This document shows, piece after piece, positions 1 to 9,136 of a stretch of DNA of 64,000 nucleotides. The notes beneath the pieces were generated by a model. The model searched no databases, was not told the DNA's origin, and saw only the letters and a program-made list of their open reading frames with translations. The DNA is from a virus, in IMG/VR virus record IMGVR_UViG_3300050156_000143, positions 192,290 to 256,289 of that record; one strand, written 5' to 3'. Positions within the stretch are counted from its first letter, which is position 1. Each line of letters begins with the position of its first letter. Both the position numbers and the translations under genes were made by a program.

Positions 1-55
1 CTGGCCCACCATGCGAATCCAGGGTGAAATTTACAACATAGAGGATATTTGAAAC

Positions 56-397
56 ATGATTTACGTGACTTCCTCGTATTCAAATTGCCAAGATAAGCAC
101 CAGTTGATGCGACATCTTAACAAGGCAATTGCACATTTTGTCGCCACGCGGCCATTGCAGACATACGTCAGTCCGCTGTATATGCACTATGTCTGTATTG
201 AAGACCCGAGTGTTGGCACCGATTACAAATTTTGGGAACAATGTTGCCGAGAAATTTTACGCAAATGCGACAGCATGATTGTGGTTAAGTTTCCTGGATG
301 GGAAGCTAGCACGGGTGTTAAAGCTGAAATTCAGGATGCCATTCAGAATGGAATTCAGATTGAATACTTTGATCCAACAGTTTTGGGGGCAATGTGA
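56..397 (+). CDS. DUF1937-like / nucleoside deoxyribosyltransferase-like protein
   Basis: MIYxxSxYS...SPL...H, CD.MIV..PGWE.S.GV..EI..A pattern; GAGGA SD upstream. Confidence 0.6.
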   Translation: MIYVTSSYSNCQDKHQLMRHLNKAIAHFVATRPLQTYVSPLYMHYVCIEDPSVGTDYKFWEQCCREILRKCDSMIVVKFPGWEASTGVKAEIQDAIQNGIQIEYFDPTVLGAM

Positions 398-657
398 ACA
401 TGAAATTGGCAGAAGTTTTGGATAAACTTGGGATAACATTCCCAATGCGGAAAATCCGCACGGGTAAAACACTTTATGCGCCTGATGGTTTCGCATCCCC
501 GCCGTTATTTGTAGTCCTACATGATTACTCGTGGTTCGGTGATGGGGGTTTGCGCCAACTATGCACCGAGCTATACAATGATTCACTAACCGGCAAACTT
601 GCGGCAAAATCTGCAATCAATGAGCTTATGGTTCTGACAACTTTTCTTTTAACATGA
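394..657 (+). CDS. hypothetical protein
   Basis: ORF overlapping both neighbours. Confidence 0.5.
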   Translation: MNMKLAEVLDKLGITFPMRKIRTGKTLYAPDGFASPPLFVVLHDYSWFGDGGLRQLCTELYNDSLTGKLAAKSAINELMVLTTFLLT

Positions 658-665
658 GGAACAAA

Positions 666-1346
666 ATGGAAACACTTTCTCTACCACGGTTCTTGCAACT
701 TTGCGATCATAACATCGTTGAATGTCACAACGATCCAGATCACCCGTTTACTACCCTGACGTGTCAATTCTCCGACGCGGTATTTGTTACCGCTGATTTT
801 GACAAGTTGACAAAAGACTGCATGGTGGTCAATCTGTTCGACGGCGACGATGAATACCAATGGGTTGACTATCGACAACAGAATGTTCATCAACCTGACG
901 AACATACTGGCGCAACAGTGTGCGACAACTTGTCAGACATGGTGGACAAAATTGAAACGCTGTTTTCTGGCAAGTGCTTGGATGGTAGTTCACTTCATCC
1001 CCTCGATCTCCCTCCACACATGCTATACTCATTGCTGATGGACGCACATCACCACGATGTGCCGTTTAATCAATACTTGTCACAGCAACTTCTCTCTCAC
1101 ATCACTCAACCGGAGCCTTTTACCATGAACAAACCCGAACTCATTTCTTCACTTTCTTCCAACACTTTAACCATCACTTTTGCTAAGAAGGATGGCAGTC
1201 AGCGTGTCATGAAGTGTACGCTTCAGGCTGATAAGCTGCCAGGCGAAGCTCTTCAGCCTACCAAAGACACTGTGATCACGGTGTACGATGTGACCGAGGA
1301 AGATTGGCGATCAATTGACCTTACCCGGATTGTTTCCGTGGCCTAA
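666..1346 (+). CDS. hypothetical protein with C-terminal WYL_2/SH3-like beta-barrel domain
   Basis: AGGA SD before ATG 666; C-terminal TITFAKKDGSQRVMKCTL...VYDV...WRS motif; second in-frame SD+ATG at 1125. Confidence 0.6.
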   Translation: METLSLPRFLQLCDHNIVECHNDPDHPFTTLTCQFSDAVFVTADFDKLTKDCMVVNLFDGDDEYQWVDYRQQNVHQPDEHTGATVCDNLSDMVDKIETLFSGKCLDGSSLHPLDLPPHMLYSLLMDAHHHDVPFNQYLSQQLLSHITQPEPFTMNKPELISSLSSNTLTITFAKKDGSQRVMKCTLQADKLPGEALQPTKDTVITVYDVTEEDWRSIDLTRIVSVA

Positions 1347-1365
1347 ACGGCCTGAATCAACATAA

Positions 1366-1390
1366 TAGCCCCTCGGGGCTGTTTCATTTT
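1366..1390 (+). terminator. intrinsic terminator
   Basis: AGCCC-CTCG-GGGCT hairpin followed by T-rich tract. Confidence 0.6.
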
Positions 1391-1706
1391 GTGAGCACGG
1401 TTTGCAACAATGGGCAACACGTTTGTTTTGAATATGTTTAATCCACTCCACCGTGATTTATTTTTGATAGAAAACGAAATCTGACAGGAGTACACAGAGT
1501 TACTCGGTGCTCAACATTACTTGCGCAGGCATACACTATACTATAACTCGCTGGAATGCTGTGCCAGGCATTACACCATGTTAGAAACAGGTGCTTTATA
1601 CGGGTATTCAATTTGGATTGACCTTGAAATAGGATTATCCAGCGCCATCGTGACCATAACAGATGACGTAAAATTTTATGCAACATTACTTCGTTTAAGT
1701 TGATCA

Positions 1707-2162
1707 ATGCGCAAACAAACAAAGATATTTGATCCATTGGCTCCCTGGTCAAGTGAATTACGGGATGCGTGGGATAATATGATCGATTGGTCTGCGATTC
1801 GTGTGCCAACAGAAAACTTTGATGAGCGCCTTGATTGGGCACAAAAAGAATCGGGTGGTGACTATGGGTTTTACTTTGAATATGACTTGCGGGATCAAGT
1901 GAAATGGCGCACTCCAGGGCGTCTGGTGGTGGTTGATGAGAACAAACTCATCGAATATGTGCTGTCAATTGTGTGCTTCTGGGTAGAGGAAACTGATGGT
2001 ATTCATCTTGGGGTGTTCCAAATGTTAGACTCAACATTTGATACAGTTGAGCAAACACGAGCGCACTGTGATACACACTTTGGTTATCATCTTGACCACC
2101 ATGCTCAAATCGTGGTAACGGATATGACAATGTATGCCGCATTTTGTTTGCGCATTAGTTGA
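1707..2162 (+). CDS. hypothetical protein
   Basis: 151-aa ORF; C-terminal ..AAFCL motif shared with other small ORFs. Confidence 0.55.
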   Translation: MRKQTKIFDPLAPWSSELRDAWDNMIDWSAIRVPTENFDERLDWAQKESGGDYGFYFEYDLRDQVKWRTPGRLVVVDENKLIEYVLSIVCFWVEETDGIHLGVFQMLDSTFDTVEQTRAHCDTHFGYHLDHHAQIVVTDMTMYAAFCLRIS

Positions 2163-2235
2163 CTGCCACAGTCAACTTTGGTGGGCCAACTCTAGGAAAC
2201 AGTTATACTGCACTCAATGATTCACGGGGCAAGAC

Positions 2236-3561
2236 ATGACTTTTTCAAATTGGATGTTGCTTAACGCGGTGCTACTCAGTCTGATTTCAGGGTGGTTCAG
2301 TGTGGACGGCATGATGGCCATCTTTCCCGGCAATGAGTGGGCGATTGCCACCGCTGGGATGATTATGGAAATCAGCAAGTTGACCATGATTTCTTGGATC
2401 AAGTTGAATTTGAATGGTAAAAAGAGTCACCTCTTTGTTGCCATTGTGATTGCCACGGGGCTGGCCATTTTGACCTCATGCGGGGTTTATGGTTTTTTCG
2501 CAAAGCAACACGCTAGCGCAGATTCCACAATGGGCGAAACCGGGGCCACCATTGACGAACTTAAATCCAATATTGCTATCAAAACCTCCCAGGTTGCTCG
2601 AAAAGTGGAGCAATTGGCAACATTAGACGCACAAGTGACTGCGTTCACGAATGCAAGTAAAAGTGGCTCCAAAGATGCCCTGTATGCTAGCAACCGTGCA
2701 ACCAACGTTAGAAACGCACAGCAAGGCGAGAGAATTCAACTCAATACTGATATTGCCATGCTGGAAGCGGACATTGCCAGGTTGAATGCAACGTTGTCCA
2801 CGGTGGCAAAGCATGATCGCAACCTTGCGGCTGACCTTGGGCCAGTGAAATATGCGGCATCCTTGATTTATGGGGCAAATCCAAATCATGCCCAAATCAC
2901 CACCGTGACGACTGGGTGGATTCTTATGATTGTGATGCTTTTTGACCCAACCGCGATCGTGATGTTGTTTTTCGCAACTAAGGCCAAAATCGAACAACCG
3001 GTGGAAACCAGCATTCCCGTGGCGGAAACCCCCAACGTAGAACCCACGATTGAGCCACAGATTGAACAACCTGTTTCTCAGCCTGAACCTCAAGATGTGG
3101 TGGAAGAACCGGTGAAGGAACGGCGCCCGCTTACGTTGAAATTCCACGTTGCTGATCCAGAATCTGAGATCATCACAGTGGGGCAAACAGTTGAGATTTA
3201 CCGTGACGAGTCGATGTATTTCCACATTAACGGAAAACGGGTTCATCGTGACGTGGTGAGGTCATCAGTCCCTCAAATGTTTTTGTCTGATCTTGAGCGC
3301 ACGCTGCCCGTCGAGACCTTTGGGGTCACTTTTCCCAAGAAAGCAGCCAAAGATGAATACTTCGTGCGCGTGGATGTGACACCTCATCGGCCTTATAAAT
3401 TTGATGGAGTGGAGTGGAAACAAATGGGCAAAAACGCTAGTCGTCATGTGACGCCAGAGTATCTCTCATTTTTGGAACAACAGATTCAAGATGGGTTGTA
3501 TGATGAAGCCAACTTGACATCCGCTGAGAAATCCGTGATCGCCACAATGAAGCAAAAATGA
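2236..3561 (+). CDS. membrane protein with coiled-coil (DUF4407-like)
   Basis: three N-terminal TM segments, long coiled coil, GP(V/L)KY then TM ending in FDP, Pro/Glu-rich linker. Confidence 0.6.
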   Translation: MTFSNWMLLNAVLLSLISGWFSVDGMMAIFPGNEWAIATAGMIMEISKLTMISWIKLNLNGKKSHLFVAIVIATGLAILTSCGVYGFFAKQHASADSTMGETGATIDELKSNIAIKTSQVARKVEQLATLDAQVTAFTNASKSGSKDALYASNRATNVRNAQQGERIQLNTDIAMLEADIARLNATLSTVAKHDRNLAADLGPVKYAASLIYGANPNHAQITTVTTGWILMIVMLFDPTAIVMLFFATKAKIEQPVETSIPVAETPNVEPTIEPQIEQPVSQPEPQDVVEEPVKERRPLTLKFHVADPESEIITVGQTVEIYRDESMYFHINGKRVHRDVVRSSVPQMFLSDLERTLPVETFGVTFPKKAAKDEYFVRVDVTPHRPYKFDGVEWKQMGKNASRHVTPEYLSFLEQQIQDGLYDEANLTSAEKSVIATMKQK

Positions 3562-3842
3562 ACACCAGAATGTTTATCACTATGCTTCCAGACAGTGCGT
3601 TGCGTGATGGATATAGCGCTCTGAGCGAAACAATTGCTGATGATGTGTATCACCTATTTCAAGATGTGTATGAAGGCGATAACTGGGCAGTGATTGGTGC
3701 TATGCTTCATTATGTGTCCTTGGAATTGCAACGCCAAACGGGACTTCGACGAAGGAAAAGACGACTTAATGGTCAACCTGTGAAATATTGGTGTGAAATT
3801 GTGGATCACGCTAGATTCACCGCTTGGGCGATGGGTTTATGA
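3558..3842 (+). CDS. hypothetical protein
   Basis: ATGA overlap with upstream stop. Confidence 0.5.
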   Translation: MNTRMFITMLPDSALRDGYSALSETIADDVYHLFQDVYEGDNWAVIGAMLHYVSLELQRQTGLRRRKRRLNGQPVKYWCEIVDHARFTAWAMGL

Positions 3843-4153
3843 CGTTGAATTCAACAGTGATTCGCACGGTGATGATGCCGCTTGAACCCGTCATTGACGC
3901 TATGTCCACTGCTATTGCGCAAATATATGAAACTGTGATATATCCGACGTTTCCCCGGTCATATATTCGGAAACCACTGTCGCTATCTGAATCTTCCGGT
4001 ATGGCGGGGGTGTACCAGCATTATGTGCTTTTGGAATTTGCCAAACTGTATGGAGTCAGACAGCCTGATTCTGGTTTTTACGCCGGGCCAGGTGTCATCA
4101 ACCTTGACATCGTTGATGAAGAATTGTTCGCTGCGTTTCTGCTAGGGTGTTGA
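3839..4153 (+). CDS. hypothetical protein
   Basis: ATGA overlap at 3839; ends IVDEELFAAFLLGC. Confidence 0.5.
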   Translation: MTLNSTVIRTVMMPLEPVIDAMSTAIAQIYETVIYPTFPRSYIRKPLSLSESSGMAGVYQHYVLLEFAKLYGVRQPDSGFYAGPGVINLDIVDEELFAAFLLGC

Positions 4154-4178
4154 CAACGTTCTGAAAATTTGTGATAAT
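4150..4178 (+). promoter_or_regulatory. sigma70-type promoter for hsp20-clpS
   Basis: TTGACA (4150-4155), 17 bp spacer, GATAAT (4173-4178) with extended TG. Confidence 0.7.
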
Positions 4179-4185
4179 TCCCCCA

Positions 4186-4247
4186 CGTTGACGGCTCACC
4201 CTGGGAGTCAACGTTAACCTCGCTAATTTTACAGGAGAAATATTATG
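4186..4247 (+). promoter_or_regulatory. ROSE-like RNA thermometer in hsp20 5'UTR
   Basis: ACGTTGAC/GTCAACGT hairpin, then CTCGCT (4219-4224) pairing with SD AGGAG (4233-4237) with a bulged G. Confidence 0.65.
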
Positions 4248-4685
4248 CGACATTTTGAAATTCCGACATGGTTTGCACACATGAGTTCTGGCAACGTGGA
4301 ACGATCCGCGATCGATGCACTGTTTGCCGATCTGGAACGTGCAACCCGCACAGCAATCGATTCCCGCAAGTATCCGCCCACCAACATCATCAAAACGTTG
4401 GATGACGCCCGTGTCGTTGAAATGGCGGTGGCAGGTTTTGAAAAGGATGACTTGTCTGTTGTGACAGACCGAAAGCAACTGATTATCACTGGGAAACTTC
4501 CGAAACCATCGGATGTGGAATACATGACACGTGGCATCGCCCGTCGAAACTTTGAAACCACTGTGGAGCTACGTGATTATGAAGAAGTGCGCAACATCAT
4601 CTTGAAAAATGGTATGCTACGCATTGAACTGGTGCTCAACGTGCCAGAACAAGCCAAACCAGTAACCCATAACATCGTTTCCTGA
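4245..4685 (+). CDS. hsp20: small heat shock protein Hsp20 (IbpA-like)
   Basis: YPPTNI, EMAVAGF, YMTRGIARRNF, LKNGMLRIEL alpha-crystallin motifs. Confidence 0.9.
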   Translation: MRHFEIPTWFAHMSSGNVERSAIDALFADLERATRTAIDSRKYPPTNIIKTLDDARVVEMAVAGFEKDDLSVVTDRKQLIITGKLPKPSDVEYMTRGIARRNFETTVELRDYEEVRNIILKNGMLRIELVLNVPEQAKPVTHNIVS

Positions 4686-4699
4686 AAGGATTTCCCATC

Positions 4700-4996
4700 A
4701 TGGCTACTCAAAATGCCGTCAAGCCGAACAAACAACTGCAAGCACCCAAGTTTTGGAACGTGATTTTTCACGATGGTGTGAAGACGACTCATGAACATAT
4801 CGTAAGTTGCCTAGAGGCATTTCTCCGGTATGAGTCTCATGCTGCCACTGATAAGGCCTATGAAGTTTCTGATGATGGTAATGCTGTGGTGGCCACATTG
4901 CCGTATGAGATCGCAGAAGAAAAGGTGGCTGCTATCAACGGATGCTCTGACATGACGGGCAACGTGTTGAAGGTCACGATGGAAATGTCCACCTAA
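4700..4996 (+). CDS. clpS: ClpS-like adaptor, divergent substrate pocket
   Basis: PKFWNVIF...G.AVVA...YEIAEEK aligns to ClpS core. Confidence 0.75.
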   Translation: MATQNAVKPNKQLQAPKFWNVIFHDGVKTTHEHIVSCLEAFLRYESHAATDKAYEVSDDGNAVVATLPYEIAEEKVAAINGCSDMTGNVLKVTMEMST

Positions 4997-5652
4997 TCTA
5001 TGAAGCAACATTCGGCATAATAGACTGAGTGTTGCTTTGGATTACTAACCAACTCTACGCCACCACTCGTGGCGTTTTTCTTATGTGCGGTTCCACCGTA
5101 TGCCCAAATTTTGACCTTACTGTGTTGATCTGATACTAGCACAGTGATGGGGGAAATTAGGGACAGGTTGCTGGGCACGGTGTCTAACAGTTCTTTGGCA
5201 GGTGGGGTGGAAGTGACTACCACGATAGATTCAACGTCACAGGCAGCGTTTAGTTCCTTGATGGTTTCATGTAAAAAAGCAACGTCTTCATACATGGCAT
5301 CGATCTCAGTCGAATTTCCATACCATCCGTTCGCGCCAATGATAGCCACCTTGTCGGATATGGCATAATCATCGTGCAGATACACGATGTTGTCACGTGT
5401 TTCAGAAAATTGAGTGAAAACTTCTACTACTTGCGAGTTTGGTGTTCTAGAATTTTCCAAAGGGCCGTCGATGAAAAACACGCACTCATAATGTTCCCCA
5501 AGATGGTCTAACACTTTCTTACACGTTTCCAAATCGTGGCTTATGTTTCCGGCCACCACGCACACATCACTTGTTGCTCGCAATTCCCAATCAAACGATT
5601 CATCGACTTGCAAATTTAAGTCGCTAATCAAATCAAATGTGTGCCCAGACAT
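4993..5652 (-). CDS. calcineurin-like metallophosphoesterase fold, degenerate motifs
   Basis: DLISDLNL, VVAGNI, FIDGPLE, GANGW, KIWAYG; TAAATA at 5674-5679 (-). Confidence 0.6.
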   Translation of the reverse strand: MSGHTFDLISDLNLQVDESFDWELRATSDVCVVAGNISHDLETCKKVLDHLGEHYECVFFIDGPLENSRTPNSQVVEVFTQFSETRDNIVYLHDDYAISDKVAIIGANGWYGNSTEIDAMYEDVAFLHETIKELNAACDVESIVVVTSTPPAKELLDTVPSNLSLISPITVLVSDQHSKVKIWAYGGTAHKKNATSGGVELVSNPKQHSVYYAECCFID

Positions 5653-5684
5653 CTTATAACCCCTTTGTTCTGATATTTACCGCC

Positions 5685-6104
5685 ATGAATATTGCACAAA
5701 TGAGCTTGAGCGACATGTTGACTCAACCTGATGCTCCACTTTGGAAACAAAAGAGGTGTCCGGTGCGCCCATCATTGCAAGAGTTGCACCACATTCATAG
5801 CAAGCTGAATGCCGCCTTGGGGCTGAAAGTGACCACGCCAAAACTCAGCATCAAGCGGATGAGGATGATTTATGGATTGTGTGTTGCGACCAATCCAGTA
5901 GAAATAATTTGTATACCAAATTGGCCAACATTGAGATTCCTTTTATCAATCATGGCTCATGAAATGTGCCATCAATATCAAGTAGAAAATAACCATCCAA
6001 TGGATCACGACGAATTTTTTTACAGTTTTTCACCCCGACTGCATTCACTTGGATTGCCACTGTGTGAAGTGTATGAGTTTCCGTTGCAGGTGATTAATGG
6101 CTAA
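5685..6104 (+). CDS. SprT-like zinc metalloprotease
   Basis: AHEMCHQY...H...F motif; start chosen at ATG 5685. Confidence 0.65.
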   Translation: MNIAQMSLSDMLTQPDAPLWKQKRCPVRPSLQELHHIHSKLNAALGLKVTTPKLSIKRMRMIYGLCVATNPVEIICIPNWPTLRFLLSIMAHEMCHQYQVENNHPMDHDEFFYSFSPRLHSLGLPLCEVYEFPLQVING

Positions 6105-7386
6105 TGGATTAACAGGCAGAAAGCCTGGGGACATCTTTAAAAACCAAAATGGGGATATTATTCGATTTGATTCCTTAAAGTTTTACCCAGCGTCTGGCAA
6201 TCTTAAACTCCAGGAGTTGAATTCATACCTTGATTCACACAATGTTTACTATGAGAATTCCCCGAGTTCATATTGTGGGGTCTCATTGGCGAAATTTGAT
6301 GGCTCTGACCAACTGAGTTGTCGGTTTTTCCGCAACGTGAATCAAGACCATAGAAGAAACTTTATCCCCAATATCGTTTATGGTGATTACAAACTTAGCT
6401 CAAAGCCAAGTGAAAAAACACGCTCCGGTATAACTCCACAAGACCTGATAGAAGGGTCTGAATTATCACCGGATGATGTTGTGAGACAGCTTGGTGAAAA
6501 ATTGGGCCTAAACCATGCTCTCACCACTATGACAAAAATGGTGGCAAACAATGATCCCTATCCTTATATTATCAAACCACCAAACAACATCGAGTTTGAA
6601 CCATTTCGGGATTATTTTTGTGAAGTGGTTCACCCCATTGCGTTAATGGTGGGGAATCATAGTGGCAATGGTGATGAAGCAGCCTCCAAGTTTTTGGGGA
6701 CGGGGTTTTCAAATTGTAAAATTACTTACGGCAATTCCCAGAACACTCAATTTTCAGACAGCACATTGTCATTCCGGGGTAAAGTGGTTCACGTTTCGTC
6801 AAAATGTGGAAACGGTGCGGCCACCTCTAGCGTCAGTAATTTACAATCGTATTTGGCGGGTGTGAAAGCCGATGCGCTATGGGTGGTGGAAGATATCGTT
6901 AATAATGGCCAGCACGATGCGCCCCTGATAATGGGGCAAAAGTTGGGGATTATTGATGAAAATGATGCCACCATCATCAAAAGTTATAGAAACCGGTTTC
7001 TGGTAGATTCTGAGAACATTTTAGATGGCCTGACTGGCAATCTTCTCGACTTGGCAAAAAACCGTGATTTTGTGGTTACTGAGGTCAGTATGTACAATCA
7101 CTTGTTGGCAGCAGTGGCCAGAAAAGTGGCCGACACCGTGAACGCAGACGGAAAGTTTTCCATAGCGTGTGGTGAAATCTTGAACAACACGCCGTTGGTG
7201 CAAATGTACTCAAACGTAACGGTCAACGATGGGATGTGGATAGTAGACGGTTTTACTTCACTAATGCCCACTAGCGCAGTTTCTGATGTTAAACTCGTGG
7301 CCAAGAAGAGCTACTACAGCTCTGGGGTGAAGGGGAAGTACACCTTTCGCATCGTTCAAAAACCTCTCTCGGGGAAATCATCGTGA
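6097..7386 (+). CDS. conserved phage protein, possible PD-(D/E)xK nuclease-like fold
   Basis: 429-aa ORF; SDS...VHVSSK motif only weakly suggestive. Confidence 0.4.
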   Translation: MANGLTGRKPGDIFKNQNGDIIRFDSLKFYPASGNLKLQELNSYLDSHNVYYENSPSSYCGVSLAKFDGSDQLSCRFFRNVNQDHRRNFIPNIVYGDYKLSSKPSEKTRSGITPQDLIEGSELSPDDVVRQLGEKLGLNHALTTMTKMVANNDPYPYIIKPPNNIEFEPFRDYFCEVVHPIALMVGNHSGNGDEAASKFLGTGFSNCKITYGNSQNTQFSDSTLSFRGKVVHVSSKCGNGAATSSVSNLQSYLAGVKADALWVVEDIVNNGQHDAPLIMGQKLGIIDENDATIIKSYRNRFLVDSENILDGLTGNLLDLAKNRDFVVTEVSMYNHLLAAVARKVADTVNADGKFSIACGEILNNTPLVQMYSNVTVNDGMWIVDGFTSLMPTSAVSDVKLVAKKSYYSSGVKGKYTFRIVQKPLSGKSS

Positions 7387-7574
7387 AAATTGGCACCGGA
7401 ATAGCGATCGTGGGGACATGGGTGTGTGCTATGACGACCCTGTGGTTCGTCGATGATGTGGGCGGCTTTTTCTGCCTGATTGCCGTGATCGTGGCTTACA
7501 AATTGACTGGTATGTTTTTGGAACATGAGTTGCGTAATGGCGGTTGACTGTTCTACCCACCTTGGAGTTTCATC

Positions 7575-7898
7575 ATGACGACACTTTCTTTGCTACCTTG
7601 GTACACACCTTGGCATCCATCTGATAATCATGATCCATTGTTGCCACCGCCTGGCGTTGCTTTGACGGATAGGGTTGGCATCATTCGCCGCGATGGAGTT
7701 GAAGAACATGCAGTGGCAAATGATGTATGCTGGGATTGGGATAACCAATGGTGTGGTGGCCCTGACGACATCATCGCATTTTTTGTCAAAAATGCTGCCA
7801 GCTTGAATCTACAATCTGAGTATTATGCTGCGGTCAAGCAGTCTTATTGCTGCCTACTAGGAGTTCATTGTGACGACCAAATTTGTTTATGCTGGTGA
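7575..7898 (+). CDS. hypothetical protein
   Basis: GGAG SD; W-rich domain shared with 54788 and 58181. Confidence 0.55.
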   Translation: MTTLSLLPWYTPWHPSDNHDPLLPPPGVALTDRVGIIRRDGVEEHAVANDVCWDWDNQWCGGPDDIIAFFVKNAASLNLQSEYYAAVKQSYCCLLGVHCDDQICLCW

Positions 7899-8253
7899 TA
7901 TGATAGAAGCCAATGGGAAATCTGTCAGAGAAAATAACCAAATGCTACAACATACGATCCCGTGTGGTGCAATCGTGCGAGAGGTCAATTCTGGCCTGGT
8001 TTGCTATGTGGCTACTCAGGATCGAGATTGCGATGGCACGCCAGTGTATGGTCTGACTATTAGACCAGAAATGGTCAATGCGACTGAACCACTTCATCCT
8101 GCTGGTGATGATCCTTTTTTGAAAATGATGTATCAGATTGCGCGAGGCCAGTGGCAAATGGGGATCGACAGGGGATATGCCGAGGGAGATTTGGTTGTAG
8201 AACGAAACCCGACGCCGCACGAGATTGCTAAATTTGGGGAATTCAACCAATGA
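7870..8253 (+). CDS. hypothetical protein
   Basis: AGGAG SD before GTG; RDCDGTPVY motif. Confidence 0.55.
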   Translation: MTTKFVYAGDMIEANGKSVRENNQMLQHTIPCGAIVREVNSGLVCYVATQDRDCDGTPVYGLTIRPEMVNATEPLHPAGDDPFLKMMYQIARGQWQMGIDRGYAEGDLVVERNPTPHEIAKFGEFNQ

Positions 8254-8603
8254 CGACTAATTTAATCGACGCCTTCAATCAAGCCCAGCAGGCCGTCTAC
8301 GACCATGTGGGATATGTTGAAGGATATGTTGAAGAATGGTGCGTGATACCAATTGATGATCAAACCAATCGGTTCTGGAAAATTGTCGGAACGGAATCAG
8401 ATGGTGTGGTCAGATTTGCCAGCACAGTTGCAATCTTGCAAGACGATGAAGCAGAGATGTACTATGAATATGTGATTTACACTCAACGGTTTTTGCCAAA
8501 ATGGGTCTACCGTGGGGCAACTTATACCATGATCGTGTCTGACACCAGAACGGACGGCAACAAGGTGCTAGCCATTTTCTCAAACAACAGAGAAGTTAAG
8601 TAA
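8250..8603 (+). CDS. hypothetical phage protein
   Basis: ATGA overlap with upstream ORF. Confidence 0.55.
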   Translation: MTTNLIDAFNQAQQAVYDHVGYVEGYVEEWCVIPIDDQTNRFWKIVGTESDGVVRFASTVAILQDDEAEMYYEYVIYTQRFLPKWVYRGATYTMIVSDTRTDGNKVLAIFSNNREVK

Positions 8604-8620
8604 CCAACAAAGGGGTTAAC

Positions 8621-8815
8621 GTGACACTCAAACTGACTCCACAAAAGACGGTGAACGGTGATGTTGAATATGTTTCCGGTGAATTCACTTTGCGCCGAGA
8701 GTTTGTGGAAGGGCACCGGATGTCCGTTGTTTGGGTGCTGCGTAAAAACCTGAAACGAATCGATTATTCAGCAGAATTGTCTGCTATTTTGGCCAGAAAC
8801 GGTCTAACAACTTGA
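8621..8815 (+). CDS. hypothetical protein
   Basis: AAGGGG SD, GTG start. Confidence 0.45.
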   Translation: MTLKLTPQKTVNGDVEYVSGEFTLRREFVEGHRMSVVWVLRKNLKRIDYSAELSAILARNGLTT

Positions 8816-9136
8816 AAGGAAATGATGATGAAAACTGTTGAAAAAACTGACGAACAACTTGACGCGATGATTTACAGGGTGATGGCGGGCGTGGTGGTGT
8901 TTGGGGTGTCAGTAGTTATTTGGTTCCATCATTTTGGCTAAGTTGTTATGAAGCCCATCCCCCCATCAAGCGAATATTTGAAAGAAGAGAGTGGTCTTGG
9001 CGTATTGGTCTGCTTGTTGATTGCTTTCTTTCTCGGATTGATCGCCGTTGGCGCCATCATGTTAACAACCCCTGAACAGGCTGTGTGCCCTGCGCGCAAT
9101 TCGGCATCGCCACCTTGGTTGTGAACATTGACCTGA

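Noticed and set aside
8310..8333. 12-bp tandem duplication GGATATGTTGAA x2
   Set aside because: Single in-frame slippage duplication (GYVE GYVE) with no sign of a functional array.
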